Below, piece by piece: positions 39,512 through 49,685 of a stretch of DNA of 64,000 bases (position 1 is the first letter of the stretch; every line of letters starts with the position of its first letter). The notes below the pieces were generated by a model. It saw only the letters and a program-made list of their open reading frames with translations, was not told the origin of the DNA and ran no database searches. The DNA comes from a bacterium. GTDB lineage: Bacteria > RBG-13-61-14 > DATKZS01. The position numbers and the translations under genes were made by a program. The stretch lies in the NCBI GenBank assembly GCA_963674965.2, contig CAXXFL010000002.1:416001-480000 (forward strand). Direction: 5' to 3'.

Positions 39512-41275
39512 GTTCCAGTTGCGTAACTAGAAAAAGCCAATAAAAACAATGTGCTGTAAGCATTTTTCGCTTCCCTTTTTGGTCTTGTTATGATACAATA
39601 ACTCCTTGAAAAATCAAGGATTGACTTGCCGGGATGCTGTGAAGGGGGCGAAAAATGCGACCGAAAATTAAAATGCAAATGACCATTGAAGACCACGAAT
39701 TTTTGAAAGCGGGCCATCTTTTCAAACAAGACACTGAGCTTGAGAAGATGAGCATAGCGCTCGACGAGGCCAAGGAAATTCTGGAAGCTGTTGCCGATGA
39801 TCTCCAAAGCGGACTCAAGGAGACCGGCGCCGAGGGGATGAGCGTCGAGCAGGTCCTTAGGAGCGCGGTCATCTATCAACTCAAGTGTTATTCCTACCGG
39901 GAACTCGGCGACCGCCTCGGTTCCGATTACAATTTCCGCAAGTTCACCAGGTTCTTCGGGCGGGACATTCCCCATTTCAGCAGCCTGGAGCGGGCGATAA
40001 AACGCATCCGCCCCGAGACCTGGGAGCGGATCAACGAAATGCTCGTGGCCCTGGCCATTAAAAAAAAAGTAGAAGACGGCGAGGCGGTCCGCGCTGACAC
40101 CGCGGTGGCCGAGGCCAACATCCACTATCCGACCGACGCTTCGCTTCTTTTTGACAGCATCCGTGTATTGGACCGGTTGATGAAAGGAGCGCGGAAGGAG
40201 CTGCCGGGTCTCGGGTTCGAATATCATGACCGGACTCGGCGGGCCAAGAAGCGCGCTTACCAGATCGCCATGGGCAAAGGCAAAGGGATCGAGAAGAAAC
40301 GGGCGGTCTGGTACCGGGACCTTCTCAAGGTTTCGGCGGAAATCTTGGCCATGGCCCGCTCGGCGCGGGAGGCGCTGGACGAGGCCCTTAAAGGCGGAGA
40401 GCTTTATTTCAGCGATGCGGGCCTGGCAACCATGATCAAGAGCGAACTCGATCATTACCTGCCGCTTTCTGAGCAGTGCGTCGAGCAGTGCGAGCGGCGG
40501 GTTATAAAAGGCGAGAAGGTTCCCGCGCAAGAGAAGGTGGTTTCCGTTTTCGAGCCGCACGTTGATATCATCCGGAGAGGCAAGACCATGAGCCCGACCG
40601 AGTTCGGTCACAAGGTGATGGCGGCGACGGGAAGGTCGGGGATTGTGCTTCAATATAAAGTGTGCGAGGGCAACCCTTCCGACGCCGACCTTTTCGAGGA
40701 CATTTTGCAAAAACACGTCCGCCTGTTCGGCAAGGCTCCACGCGAGTTTACCGGCGACCGCCGCTTCTATCATGAGGACAATGAGAAGCTTGCGACCGAA
40801 GGTCCTTATTATATCGAGCGCCTGGCCATTCCCAAGCCCGGCAAAAGGAGTTCGGAGCGGATCGAGCACGAGCGTCAGCGCTGGTTCAAGAAGCTTCTTC
40901 GCTTCCGGGCCGGGATCGAGGGCGGCCTTTCCGCCCTTCTTCGCGGCTTCGGTCTGAGCCGATGCCTGTGGAGAGGTTTCGAGAGCTTCAAGTCCTGGGT
41001 GGGTCTTTCGTTCTTTGCCTGGAACCTTCGAAAACTCGCGCTGCTGACTTAGCCGCCGCCGGGCGCGCCCCTGTGGGGGCAATGAAAAACGGAAATGAAA
41101 AACAGCAAAAGGAGAGGTGTTTTTTGAAAGGATAGAAAAGGGCCGGCTCAGGCATTCAACTCGCCTGAAAGCGTTAAAATCTTTTCCGTCCTTTATGGAC
41201 GCCCTGAAAATCTGCATGTCCATATCCTCTCCGCACCGCATAATGAAAGCCATTAAGCAGTTGTGCAACAGAAAC
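39512..41275 (+). mobile_element. complete insertion sequence (ISNCY/IS5-like, 1764 bp)
   Basis: imperfect TIRs GTTCCAGTTGCGTAACT / rc GTTTCTGTTGCACAACT (13/17), flanked by 6-bp direct repeats TATTTA (39506-39511, 41276-41281); one intact transposase. Confidence 0.85.
39655..41052 (+). CDS. DDE transposase (ISNCY/IS5-like)
   Basis: RADTAV.EANIHYPTD..LL.D, KVVSVFEPH..II.RGK..EFGHKV, GN..D, GDR.F, RAGIEG..S.L.R..GL.RC. Confidence 0.9.
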   Translation: MRPKIKMQMTIEDHEFLKAGHLFKQDTELEKMSIALDEAKEILEAVADDLQSGLKETGAEGMSVEQVLRSAVIYQLKCYSYRELGDRLGSDYNFRKFTRFFGRDIPHFSSLERAIKRIRPETWERINEMLVALAIKKKVEDGEAVRADTAVAEANIHYPTDASLLFDSIRVLDRLMKGARKELPGLGFEYHDRTRRAKKRAYQIAMGKGKGIEKKRAVWYRDLLKVSAEILAMARSAREALDEALKGGELYFSDAGLATMIKSELDHYLPLSEQCVEQCERRVIKGEKVPAQEKVVSVFEPHVDIIRRGKTMSPTEFGHKVMAATGRSGIVLQYKVCEGNPSDADLFEDILQKHVRLFGKAPREFTGDRRFYHEDNEKLATEGPYYIERLAIPKPGKRSSERIEHERQRWFKKLLRFRAGIEGGLSALLRGFGLSRCLWRGFESFKSWVGLSFFAWNLRKLALLT

Positions 41276-41314
41276 TATTTAATGTGAATTGACTACTTCT
41301 TCCACTTTTTCCAA

Positions 41315-43645
41315 TCACTGGCTGCAGGCATACTCGGTGTCACACGCCGCCCAGTTGTATACCCCGGCCGCCGATGAAGAATTTCCCCCGCTCACGCTGG
41401 AATAAACGCCGCTTGCCGTGTTGTTGATACCGCCGCTTACGCTGGAATAATCCGCGCTCGCCGTATTGCTGCCTCCTCCGCTCACGCTGGAATAATAGCC
41501 GCTGGAAACGTTGCCACTTCCACCGCACACGCTGGAAATCCATCCGCTTGCCTCGTTGCCGTTCCCCCCGCTTACGCTTGTGCCCTGTTCGCTTGCCGTG
41601 TTTGAACTTCCCCCGCTTACGCTGGAATAGGTACCGGTGGTTTCGTTATTGGTCCCTCCGCTTATGCTGGACCGCATGCCATTCGCCTTGTTTTGATATC
41701 CGCCGCTTATGCTCGAGGAAATATTTTCAGCCAGGTTCCCCGTGCCGCCGGACACGCTGGAATAGTGTCCGGAGGCATAGTTGTTGTTGCCTCCCGAGAT
41801 AGAGGAGTTTATGCCAATGGTATGATAAGTCATGGCCGTGTCGCCGGCCAAATTGCCCATCCCACCGAGAATCGCGGAAAAATCCGCGAAAGCGTCGTTA
41901 CCCTCGGCGGTGATATCTCCTCCCCCGCCCGCGACGGAGGCCGCTATGCCGCTCGCTTCGTTATATCCGCCCCCGCTCACGCTGGAATACTGGCCGCTTG
42001 CCGCGTTATTACGTCCGCCGCTCACGCTGGAATAGTAGCCGCCGGCGTTGTTGCTGATTCCTCCACTCGAACTGGAATAATCTCCCGTTGCCGCGTTGCT
42101 TCTTCCCCCGCTCACGCCGGAATAATCTCCGGCCGCGTCGTTCTGGTATCCCCCGCTCACGCTGGAGAAGACCCCGCTCGCCACGTTGAAATATCCCCCG
42201 CTTGCGCTGGAATAATTGGCGGTGGCGGCGTTGTTGTTCCCGCCGCTCACGCTGGAAGAATAACCGCTCGCCGAGTTATAGTATCCGCCGCTCACGCTGG
42301 AATAATCGCCGATCGCCTCGTTGCCGTATCCGCCGCTCACGTGGGAATGGTCGCCTACCGCGTCATTTTGAAAACCACCCGAGATGGTTGAGTTTTCACC
42401 AATGCCGTGATTTATCATGGCCGTATCGCCGGCTAAATTCCCCATCCCTCCGAGAATCGCCGAATAATTGGCAAAAGCAACATTGCCATAGCTCGAGCTG
42501 ATCCATCCTCCTCCCGCCACCGAGGACGCCTGGCCGCTGGCTTCGTTATATCTTCCCCCGTTCACGCTGGATTGATTTCCACTCGCCACGTTATTGGCGC
42601 CTCCGTTCACGCTGGAAGAATAACCGCTGGCCGTGTTTGAATTTCCCCCATTCACGCTGGAGTAAGTGTAGCTCGCCGCGTTTGAATTCCCCCCATTCAC
42701 GCTGGAATAGCTGGCGCTCGACGCGTTTTGAAACCCTCCGCTTACGCCGGAAGCATAGCCGCTCGCCGTATTTTGGGCGCCCCCGCTCACGCTGGAATAA
42801 GAGCCGCTGATTTCATTTCGATACCCGGCCACCAGCCCGCCGAACGAGCTGTAACCATGGTCACTGCCAACGACAATATTATGCGAGCCGCCGCGAGTGA
42901 GTGAGTAGGTATTCTCGTCATAGCCGACGATCAGGTTGCCCAGGCCGTTAACCGCGCCGTCGGTCGCGCCGCTTCCGCTCAGGACGTGGACGTTCACGCC
43001 GGTGTAATAGACGTCGACAACCGTGCTTCCGTTCAATCCCACGCTCACCGGCTCGAGCTTTGGCTCCATCGCCGCGATGGAAGCGGAATTGGACAGGATA
43101 TCCGCGCTGTTGGTCACGATGTTTACGACGTTGGTCGCGATAGCGGTCGAGTGATCGGTGACCGAGACGGTTAACGCGTCGATCTGGGCCTGCAAGCCGG
43201 CGATAATCGCGTCCACCTCGGCCTTGGAATAAAAGTCCGAGCTGGGGGTGCCGCCCAGCGCGCTCGAATTGATGGAATAGGGCACGGAGGTCAAACGCCG
43301 GCGGGGACCCAACAACTCGCCCTCCACCAATACCTCCAGATACACGGTCGAGCCGGACAAGGCCGGCGGCGGGATCGGGTTCACGCTCCCCAGTATCACC
43401 GAAAAAATCCCGGTCTGGACGTTGACGGCCGCGTGGGTCTCGCCCCAAAGCACGGTCGCCGCCGAGGTGTCGCCATCCAGAAATGAGAAGTGCATTCCCA
43501 CGGTGTCGCCGCTTAACGGCATTCCCGCCGAGTCGGCCAATCTCCCCTGATAATTGATAAGCCGCGGCGAATCCGCCGCGTAGGCCGCGATACCGACAAG
43601 CAAAGTCACCAATACCGCCGTTACCGTAATTTTGCCTTTTCCCAT
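41315..43645 (-). CDS. secreted Gly/Ser-rich repeat fibre/adhesin-like protein
   Basis: GGAGG RBS; signal peptide (..AAYA); INYQGRL domain; coiled coil with IxxN pattern; 30 copies of a ~15-aa SSVSGGxxNxASGxY repeat. Confidence 0.8.
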   Translation of the reverse strand: MGKGKITVTAVLVTLLVGIAAYAADSPRLINYQGRLADSAGMPLSGDTVGMHFSFLDGDTSAATVLWGETHAAVNVQTGIFSVILGSVNPIPPPALSGSTVYLEVLVEGELLGPRRRLTSVPYSINSSALGGTPSSDFYSKAEVDAIIAGLQAQIDALTVSVTDHSTAIATNVVNIVTNSADILSNSASIAAMEPKLEPVSVGLNGSTVVDVYYTGVNVHVLSGSGATDGAVNGLGNLIVGYDENTYSLTRGGSHNIVVGSDHGYSSFGGLVAGYRNEISGSYSSVSGGAQNTASGYASGVSGGFQNASSASYSSVNGGNSNAASYTYSSVNGGNSNTASGYSSSVNGGANNVASGNQSSVNGGRYNEASGQASSVAGGGWISSSYGNVAFANYSAILGGMGNLAGDTAMINHGIGENSTISGGFQNDAVGDHSHVSGGYGNEAIGDYSSVSGGYYNSASGYSSSVSGGNNNAATANYSSASGGYFNVASGVFSSVSGGYQNDAAGDYSGVSGGRSNAATGDYSSSSGGISNNAGGYYSSVSGGRNNAASGQYSSVSGGGYNEASGIAASVAGGGGDITAEGNDAFADFSAILGGMGNLAGDTAMTYHTIGINSSISGGNNNYASGHYSSVSGGTGNLAENISSSISGGYQNKANGMRSSISGGTNNETTGTYSSVSGGSSNTASEQGTSVSGGNGNEASGWISSVCGGSGNVSSGYYSSVSGGGSNTASADYSSVSGGINNTASGVYSSVSGGNSSSAAGVYNWAACDTEYACSQ
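41370..42800 (-). repeat. 45-bp-period coding tandem repeat (15-aa units)
   Basis: recurrent CCGCTCACGCTGGAA on the + strand at about 45-bp spacing. Confidence 0.9.
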
Positions 43646-44390
43646 TTTGCCTCCCTCCTTTTCTGGTTCTGATTGTCTCGTGCTAAAAAGTTGGCGTCTA
43701 GGTTTGAAAATCAATCCATATTTATTCCGCGTTGTCTTGATCCCCCTATAATGACCTCAAATTATTCCAAGAGGACGATGGAAGTACGGCGTTGAAAAAG
43801 TACTTATCGGCCGCGCTCAAGGTCATAATGAATTTTATTCTGGATTACGCGGCGTTCCCCCTCCATGCCGATTCCACCAGCCTGGTAAATTGACGACCCA
43901 CGATTATTCTCATCATTGCGTTCTCGAACTCGTTCAAGCGCCCAATTCGGGGCCAACTTCGTCAATCATTATCTCCATTATGCTTTCCTGGATCATACCA
44001 ATCTGCAAACCCACATGTCAAACGAAGAATATGGAAAGCATGGACTGGCCAATTGCGGAATCGTGGTCTTTGCCGATGACGTCCATGCCTTCATCCACTT
44101 AGCTTGGCAGGAACGCGCCCGCTACAGAGGTTATTTATTCGCCCTGCAACACTGTCCGATCGGAGTGGTTTATAGCCGGCCTGATCGTCCCTTTTTCATT
44201 TTTACCAGCGTCTTATACGTCGTTTTCTCCTTCCCGCTTTCTCTTGTATCAACATGACGTGATCAAGCCAAGGCGTTATTCCGGCCTCGATCCACAATAT
44301 CCGGTTTTATTTCCCGTTTCATTAGCAAGGGTGGTATAAAGACCCTATTCCATGGTATATGGTAGGTATCCGATATTAGAGGAGGGAGAC

Positions 44391-45422
44391 GTGAGCGAAA
44401 ACAAACCGAAAATAGTATTTCTCGGGTCGGGCGTGGTAGGCGGGGCCGCGGGGGCCTGGGTGGCTGAAAAGTACGACGAGGTTTTCTTCCTGGACCAGGG
44501 AGAAATCCAGGCGGCCCTGAAGGAAAAGGGGATCGGCACTTACCTGCAGGGACATAAAAGCTCGATGGTCAACGTGAAGGTCAAGGTCATCGACGACCTG
44601 TCCCAGGTACCCGACGCCGACTACGTGGTGGTGGCCGTTAAAAACTTCAGCCTGCCCAAGGTGGCCCAGCTTATAAAGGACAAGCTGGGAGACAAGCCCA
44701 CCATCTTGTCCATGGCCAACGGCATCGACAACCAGCGGGTGCTGCCCAACTATTTTTCTAAGGTGATCTACTGCGTGGTGGCTTTCAACGGCATCATGGA
44801 CGAGCCGGTGGTAATCTGCTACCACCAGAAGGGGCCCCTCGTAATCGGAACGCCGGACAACTCGCTTCAACCCGAGATGAAGCGCCTGGCCGAGGCCTTC
44901 AACCTGGGCGTCGAGACGGTTATCGTCGACCATCTTCAGGACGCGGTCCACTCGAAGATCATCATCAACCTGGTAAACTCTTTGGCCACTCTCGTCGGTT
45001 TCCGGGTCAAGGAGATATCGGACCCCGACCTGTTCCAGAAAATATTGTCCAACCTCCTATGCGAGGGCGTGAAGATAGTCGAGGCCAACGGGTACAAGGA
45101 ATGCAAGATGGGAGGAATGCCGCCGTGGATCAAGTTCAAGGCTTCGGTCAAACTTCCCGTATTTTTAACGCGGGGCATGTTCAATCGGAACCTGAACAAG
45201 ATGATTATGCCAAGTATGGCTCAAGACGTTCTTTTAAAAGGCATGACCGACACCGAGCTCGATTCCATTAACGGCTATTTTATCGAGCTGGCCGACAAGG
45301 CCGGGATGAAGGCGCCTTACAACCGGGTAGTTTACGAGTTGACCAAAAGGGAGCTGGCCCGAGATAAGTTCGAGCCCCTGGATATAAAGGAGGTCTGGAA
45401 AGAAATCCAGGCCAAGATGTAA
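44391..45422 (+). CDS. ketopantoate reductase (PanE/ApbA) family protein
   Basis: FLGSGVVGG, VAVK, ANGI, SK..IN..N, PSMAQD.....TELDSING; GTG start after GGAGG. Confidence 0.85.
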   Translation: MSENKPKIVFLGSGVVGGAAGAWVAEKYDEVFFLDQGEIQAALKEKGIGTYLQGHKSSMVNVKVKVIDDLSQVPDADYVVVAVKNFSLPKVAQLIKDKLGDKPTILSMANGIDNQRVLPNYFSKVIYCVVAFNGIMDEPVVICYHQKGPLVIGTPDNSLQPEMKRLAEAFNLGVETVIVDHLQDAVHSKIIINLVNSLATLVGFRVKEISDPDLFQKILSNLLCEGVKIVEANGYKECKMGGMPPWIKFKASVKLPVFLTRGMFNRNLNKMIMPSMAQDVLLKGMTDTELDSINGYFIELADKAGMKAPYNRVVYELTKRELARDKFEPLDIKEVWKEIQAKM

Positions 45423-45434
45423 GTTGTCAAGCTA

Positions 45435-45465
45435 TGGGGCAAGTCGCCTTCGCGGCTTGTCCCCA
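45435..45465 (+). terminator. hairpin downstream of panE-like gene
   Basis: TGGGGCAAGTCGC-cttc-GCGGCTTGTCCCCA; no clear T tract. Confidence 0.45.
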
Positions 45466-45566
45466 ATCGGTTCGTTCCAAATTATGGTTGTTATTCTGTC
45501 ACTTAAACACAATCTTGAGCTTCGATCGCCCACGGGGACAAAATATTAATTTCCTTTAATTTTTTC

Positions 45567-45610
45567 TTGACAATTAAAGACGATCCTGCTATTTATATCA
45601 ACTGATTGAT
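45567..45610 (+). promoter_or_regulatory. promoter and operator of the TetR-fixABCX-like operon
   Basis: TTGACA at 45567, TGCTATTTA -10-like element, ATCAACTGATTGAT at 45597-45610. Confidence 0.6.
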
Positions 45611-45620
45611 TGAGGGGGAG

Positions 45621-46277
45621 ATGAAAGATAATAACTCCAATAAATCGGATACCATGGAAAGAATACTCCAGGCCGCTGAGGACCTCTTCGCCGCCCAGGG
45701 ATTCGATGGGACTTCGACCAGGCAGATTGCCTCCATGGCCGGAATATCCATACAGACCCTCCATTACCACGGGGGAAGCAAAAAAGACCTCTACGATAAA
45801 ATCCTCGAGCGCTCGGTCATTCCCGTTACCAAGATGATCAACGACCACATCCAGCGCATGATCAAGCTCGATCTTGGCGACGACGAGGTATTCAGCCGGG
45901 CGACGGGCGAGCTGATCGAGGACCTGTTCGACATTCTCTCCGAGAACCCCAATTATCCTCTTTTATTTTTCCGCCAGTGGCTGGAGCAGGACCCCGACTT
46001 GAGACGGGTCGAGTGGGAACAGATCATTCCTTTTATCAAGCAATGGATAGATCAGGTCGAGACCATCGTGACCAGGGAAAGGACCGCCGGTTTGGACCTT
46101 CCCCTTACCTTTATATCTCTTAGCATGCTCTACTGGGGACTGTTTTCCAACCGGGGCTTTATTACCGCTTTCCTGGAACTGGAATACGACTCCCCCGAGT
46201 ACATGGAAAGGCTGAAGCAACACGCCAAGGAACTTACCTCCCGCCTCCTGGCCGCGAAGCCGGAAAAGAAAGAATGA
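45621..46277 (+). CDS. TetR/AcrR family transcriptional regulator
   Basis: RILQAAEDLFAAQGFDGTSTRQIASMAGISIQTLHYH..SKKDLY. Confidence 0.93.
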   Translation: MKDNNSNKSDTMERILQAAEDLFAAQGFDGTSTRQIASMAGISIQTLHYHGGSKKDLYDKILERSVIPVTKMINDHIQRMIKLDLGDDEVFSRATGELIEDLFDILSENPNYPLLFFRQWLEQDPDLRRVEWEQIIPFIKQWIDQVETIVTRERTAGLDLPLTFISLSMLYWGLFSNRGFITAFLELEYDSPEYMERLKQHAKELTSRLLAAKPEKKE

Positions 46278-46319
46278 CGCGCGGGAGAGAAAGCAAGCGG
46301 CAAAAGCAAGGTGACGGTT

Positions 46320-47105
46320 ATGCGAGTGATCGTGTGCGTTAAACAGGTAATGGACCCCGAGGCCCCGGCTTCCTCCTTTAAAGTTGACCGGGAAAACAAA
46401 AGGGTCATCCCCCCCGCGGGCACGCCGCCCGTTCTCAGCCCCTTTGACGAGAACGCCGTCGAGGCCGCGCTCCGCCTCAAGGACGAGAACGATGCCCAGG
46501 TTATAGTTCTCAGCGCCGGCGGGAAGCTGTCCCGCCCCGTGGTCAAAAAGCCTCTCAGCGCCGGGGCCGACGAGCTTTTTCTGGTCGAGGGCGGCGAGTT
46601 CGAGGGGATGGACGCCTTTTCGGCGGCCCGGGTCCTTGCCATGGCCATCGAGAAGATCGGCGGCTTCGACGTGGCGCTCACGGGCAGGCAGGCGGCCGAC
46701 TGGGACGAGGGCGTGACCGGTCCCTTCCTGGCCGAGGCCCTGGGCGTTCCCTGCGTGACCGTGGCCAGGAAGATTACCGTCCAGGGCGACAAGGTCATAG
46801 TCGAGCGCGTCACCGACGACGGCTACGAGGTGGTCGAGACGAAAACGCCGTGCCTCGTCACCGTGAGTAACGACCTGGGGGAACTGCGCCAGATAACCAT
46901 GCCCGGCATCATGCAGGCCAAGACCAAGCCCGTCACCGAGTGGAAAGCCAACGACCTGGGCATGGGCGCTCCCCCCGAGTCCCGGATCGAGCTTACGGAC
47001 CTTTTCGCGCCCGAAAGAGACACGGTCTGCGAGATGATCGAGGCCGACGGACCCGAGGAAGCGGCCCAGAAACTGGCCGAGATCATCCGAGCGGGATGCC
47101 CTTAA
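46320..47105 (+). CDS. etfB: electron transfer flavoprotein beta subunit (FixA/EtfB)
   Basis: VCVKQV.DP, PFDENAVEAAL, GRQAAD, GP.LAE.LG, P.LVTV. Confidence 0.93.
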   Translation: MRVIVCVKQVMDPEAPASSFKVDRENKRVIPPAGTPPVLSPFDENAVEAALRLKDENDAQVIVLSAGGKLSRPVVKKPLSAGADELFLVEGGEFEGMDAFSAARVLAMAIEKIGGFDVALTGRQAADWDEGVTGPFLAEALGVPCVTVARKITVQGDKVIVERVTDDGYEVVETKTPCLVTVSNDLGELRQITMPGIMQAKTKPVTEWKANDLGMGAPPESRIELTDLFAPERDTVCEMIEADGPEEAAQKLAEIIRAGCP

Positions 47106-47117
47106 AAGAGTGAAAAG

Positions 47118-48119
47118 ATGAGCGACGCGAAAAACATCCTGGTCATAGGCGAATGGATAGGCGGCGAACTGACGCCCCATACGCGAGAGATTCTCGGCGG
47201 ATGCCGGGAGTCCGCGGACAAGCTGGGAGGGCGGCTCGAGCTGGCCCTTCTCGGCGCGGCGCCGGAGGCGGCGGCCGGGGAGGCAATATCGCTGGGAGCG
47301 GACGCGGTCCTCGCCCTCAAGAACGAGGCGCTTGACGGGTACGAGCCCGACCTCTGGCTCGGCGCGCTCCAGGGCGTCATCAGGGAGAGGGATCCGGAAA
47401 TGGTGGTCATGGGACAGACGGCGGCCGGCAGGGACCTGGCGCCCAGGCTGGCATATCGGCTGGGTACGGGCGTGGCCATGGACTGCGTAAGTATCGAGGC
47501 GGACGGCGGCGGCCAGATAAGAATGACCCGGCCCGTCTACGGATGCAAGGCCATGGCTGTCATGACGAGCAAGACCAGGCCGGCCGTGGCGACCGTTCGC
47601 TCGAAGGCCATGAAGGCCCCCGCTCCCGACCGGTCCAGGAGCGGAGACGTGGTAGTGGTTGAGGTGGAGGTGGAGGTGGACGAGTCGGCCCGGCGCTCGC
47701 GGGTGATCGAGCGGGTCTCGGAGAAGCCGGAGGGGGTCCCCCTCGAGGACGCGGCCGTGGTCGTCAGCGGGGGAAGGGGCATCGGCGGCAAGGAAGGGTT
47801 CGACGGCCTCGAGGAGTTGGCCTCCCTGATTGGCGGGGCCGTCGGGGCCAGCAGGCCGCCATGCGACAGCGGCTGGGTCCCCGTCTCGAAACAGGTCGGG
47901 CTCACGGGCAAGATCATCCGGCCGGGCCTTTACCTGGCCGTGGCCCTTTCCGGGTCGTCCCAGCACATGGCAGGCTGTCAGGACTCGGGCAAGATAGTGG
48001 CCATCAACAAGGACCCCGAGGCCAACATTTTCTCATACGCCCATTACGGCGTGGTGGGAGACTACAAAAAGATATTACCGCCCTTGATGGAGCGGTTAAG
48101 GGAACTTATGGGAAAATAA
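47118..48119 (+). CDS. etfA: electron transfer flavoprotein alpha subunit (FixB/EtfA)
   Basis: GRDLAPRLA, VVSGGRG, GASRP..D.GW, QVGLTGK, SGSSQHMAG, AINKDPEANIF. Confidence 0.95.
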   Translation: MSDAKNILVIGEWIGGELTPHTREILGGCRESADKLGGRLELALLGAAPEAAAGEAISLGADAVLALKNEALDGYEPDLWLGALQGVIRERDPEMVVMGQTAAGRDLAPRLAYRLGTGVAMDCVSIEADGGGQIRMTRPVYGCKAMAVMTSKTRPAVATVRSKAMKAPAPDRSRSGDVVVVEVEVEVDESARRSRVIERVSEKPEGVPLEDAAVVVSGGRGIGGKEGFDGLEELASLIGGAVGASRPPCDSGWVPVSKQVGLTGKIIRPGLYLAVALSGSSQHMAGCQDSGKIVAINKDPEANIFSYAHYGVVGDYKKILPPLMERLRELMGK

Positions 48120-48214
48120 AAGCGCGGAGTCGTATACGCGCGTAAACGGCGGACAGCGGTACCAATCCAGCCGAGTCAAGGTCAATAGGAACGCCACAAC
48201 CAAAGGAGGCGGGG

Positions 48215-49648
48215 ATGGAAAAGTATGACGTCGCTATCGCGGGCGGCGGCCCGGGCGGGGCTTACGCCGCCAAGACGGCGGCCGAGTTGGGTCTGAAAAC
48301 GATATTCTTCGAGCGGGCCAGGAAGGCGGGAGAGAAAAACGCCTCCGGCTGCGGCCTGGGCCAGCGGTGGTGGAGGGACTTCCCTCTTATTATGGAAGAG
48401 ATCGTCGAGCTCGACTCGTACCGCGAAATCCATTTTTGCTATTTCAAGATCACCGACGAGGACGACGACCTCATCACCACCATCTCCACGGCCAACACCA
48501 AAAAGGACGCGGGCCGCATCATGCACCGCGGAGAGCCTCGCGCCATGAGCGGCACCAGTATCTACCGGAGCGACCTCGACCCTCTCCTGGCCAACATGGC
48601 CTGCCAGGCGGGGGCCGAGATGCGGACCTCGACGGTGGTGACCGACGTCATTAAAAAGGACAACCGCGTGTGCGGCGTGGTCACGGAAAAGGGTGATAAA
48701 ATCGAGGCCGACGTGGTAATCGGCGCCGACGGGGCCCACTCGACGGTGGCCATCGCCTCGGGCATCCGCAAGCGCTGGAGAAAGGACCAGATCACCCTGG
48801 TACCCCAGCTCGACTTCAAGTGCGACGAGCAGAGGATGGACGACGTGATCGGCGCGGCCGAGATGGTCTGGTTCGGCCCCTATTGCGGCGCCTACCAGGT
48901 GAACTTCAGGGACGGGTTCCACTTGGGCCTTGGCCAATGGCTGGACAAATGGGACACCAAGCCCGTGGACATGGTCAAGCGCATACTCCAGATACCGTCC
49001 TTCCAGGCCATGTGCCGGGCCGTGGACGCCCAGATAAGGGAATACCAGGTCCACCTTCTGCCGTGGATGCCCCATCCCGGCAAGACCTATTCCGACGGGG
49101 TACTGCTGGTGGGAGACGCGGGCGGCTTCCCCTGTCCCCTCGAGGGCGAGGGAATATGGCACGCCATCTGGACCGGATACCTGGCCGCGGGAGTGGCGGC
49201 GGACGCCATCTCGAAGGGCGACGTGTCCGAGCGTTCCCTTTCAGTCTACGAGAACAAATGGAAACAGCCGCCCCTCGGCCTCGAGTACGAGTTCGGAAGA
49301 GAATACGTCAACCTCTGGAAAAACTCGGCCTTCGATCCCGAGTTCATGAAGAAGATGGTCCTCTTCCTCGGCGAGGTGCAGTGGCTCAACTTCCCCGGGC
49401 CCATCTTCGACTGGAGCGACGACCACATGAAGACCTTTAACGACCACCTGGGCCATTTCCTCGACCTCCTTCCCGAGCTGTCGGACTTCGCCAAGGAAAA
49501 CGTCGTGCCCCTCGGCAGGGGAGTATCCGACCAGAACCGGGAAAAGATAGCCAACCTCCTGGCGGGGGCGGTCAAGGAAAAACTGCCCCGACTCATTCCC
49601 GACAAGTTCGTGAAAACCATGATAAGGAAACAGCTCGGCCTCCAATAG
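48215..49648 (+). CDS. FixC/geranylgeranyl-reductase-like FAD oxidoreductase
   Basis: GGGPGG, GEKN.SG, RSDLD..LA, IGADG, LLVGDAGG..P..GEG; lies between etfA and a FixX-like ferredoxin. Confidence 0.82.
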   Translation: MEKYDVAIAGGGPGGAYAAKTAAELGLKTIFFERARKAGEKNASGCGLGQRWWRDFPLIMEEIVELDSYREIHFCYFKITDEDDDLITTISTANTKKDAGRIMHRGEPRAMSGTSIYRSDLDPLLANMACQAGAEMRTSTVVTDVIKKDNRVCGVVTEKGDKIEADVVIGADGAHSTVAIASGIRKRWRKDQITLVPQLDFKCDEQRMDDVIGAAEMVWFGPYCGAYQVNFRDGFHLGLGQWLDKWDTKPVDMVKRILQIPSFQAMCRAVDAQIREYQVHLLPWMPHPGKTYSDGVLLVGDAGGFPCPLEGEGIWHAIWTGYLAAGVAADAISKGDVSERSLSVYENKWKQPPLGLEYEFGREYVNLWKNSAFDPEFMKKMVLFLGEVQWLNFPGPIFDWSDDHMKTFNDHLGHFLDLLPELSDFAKENVVPLGRGVSDQNREKIANLLAGAVKEKLPRLIPDKFVKTMIRKQLGLQ

Positions 49649-49685
49649 GCGCCGGGCAATCCTCACGGATAAAAGGAAAACGAAA

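Noticed and set aside
39505-41268. 587-aa antisense ORF spanning almost the whole IS
   Set aside because: Lies opposite a clear transposase, has no recognisable motifs or RBS, and is most likely a shadow frame, although it does extend through both non-coding ends
41370-42800. Regularly spaced repeats resembling a CRISPR array
   Set aside because: The period is 45 bp and in frame within a long ORF, the units are degenerate at codon third positions, and there are no cas genes
43720-44340. Short ORFs (43890-44102, 43916-44257) in the lower-GC gap upstream of the fibre gene
   Set aside because: No RBS or recognisable family; could be a decayed gene, but I cannot support a call
45963-47966. 667-aa minus-strand ORF
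   Set aside because: Antisense to tetR/etfB/etfA, with no protein-like motifs
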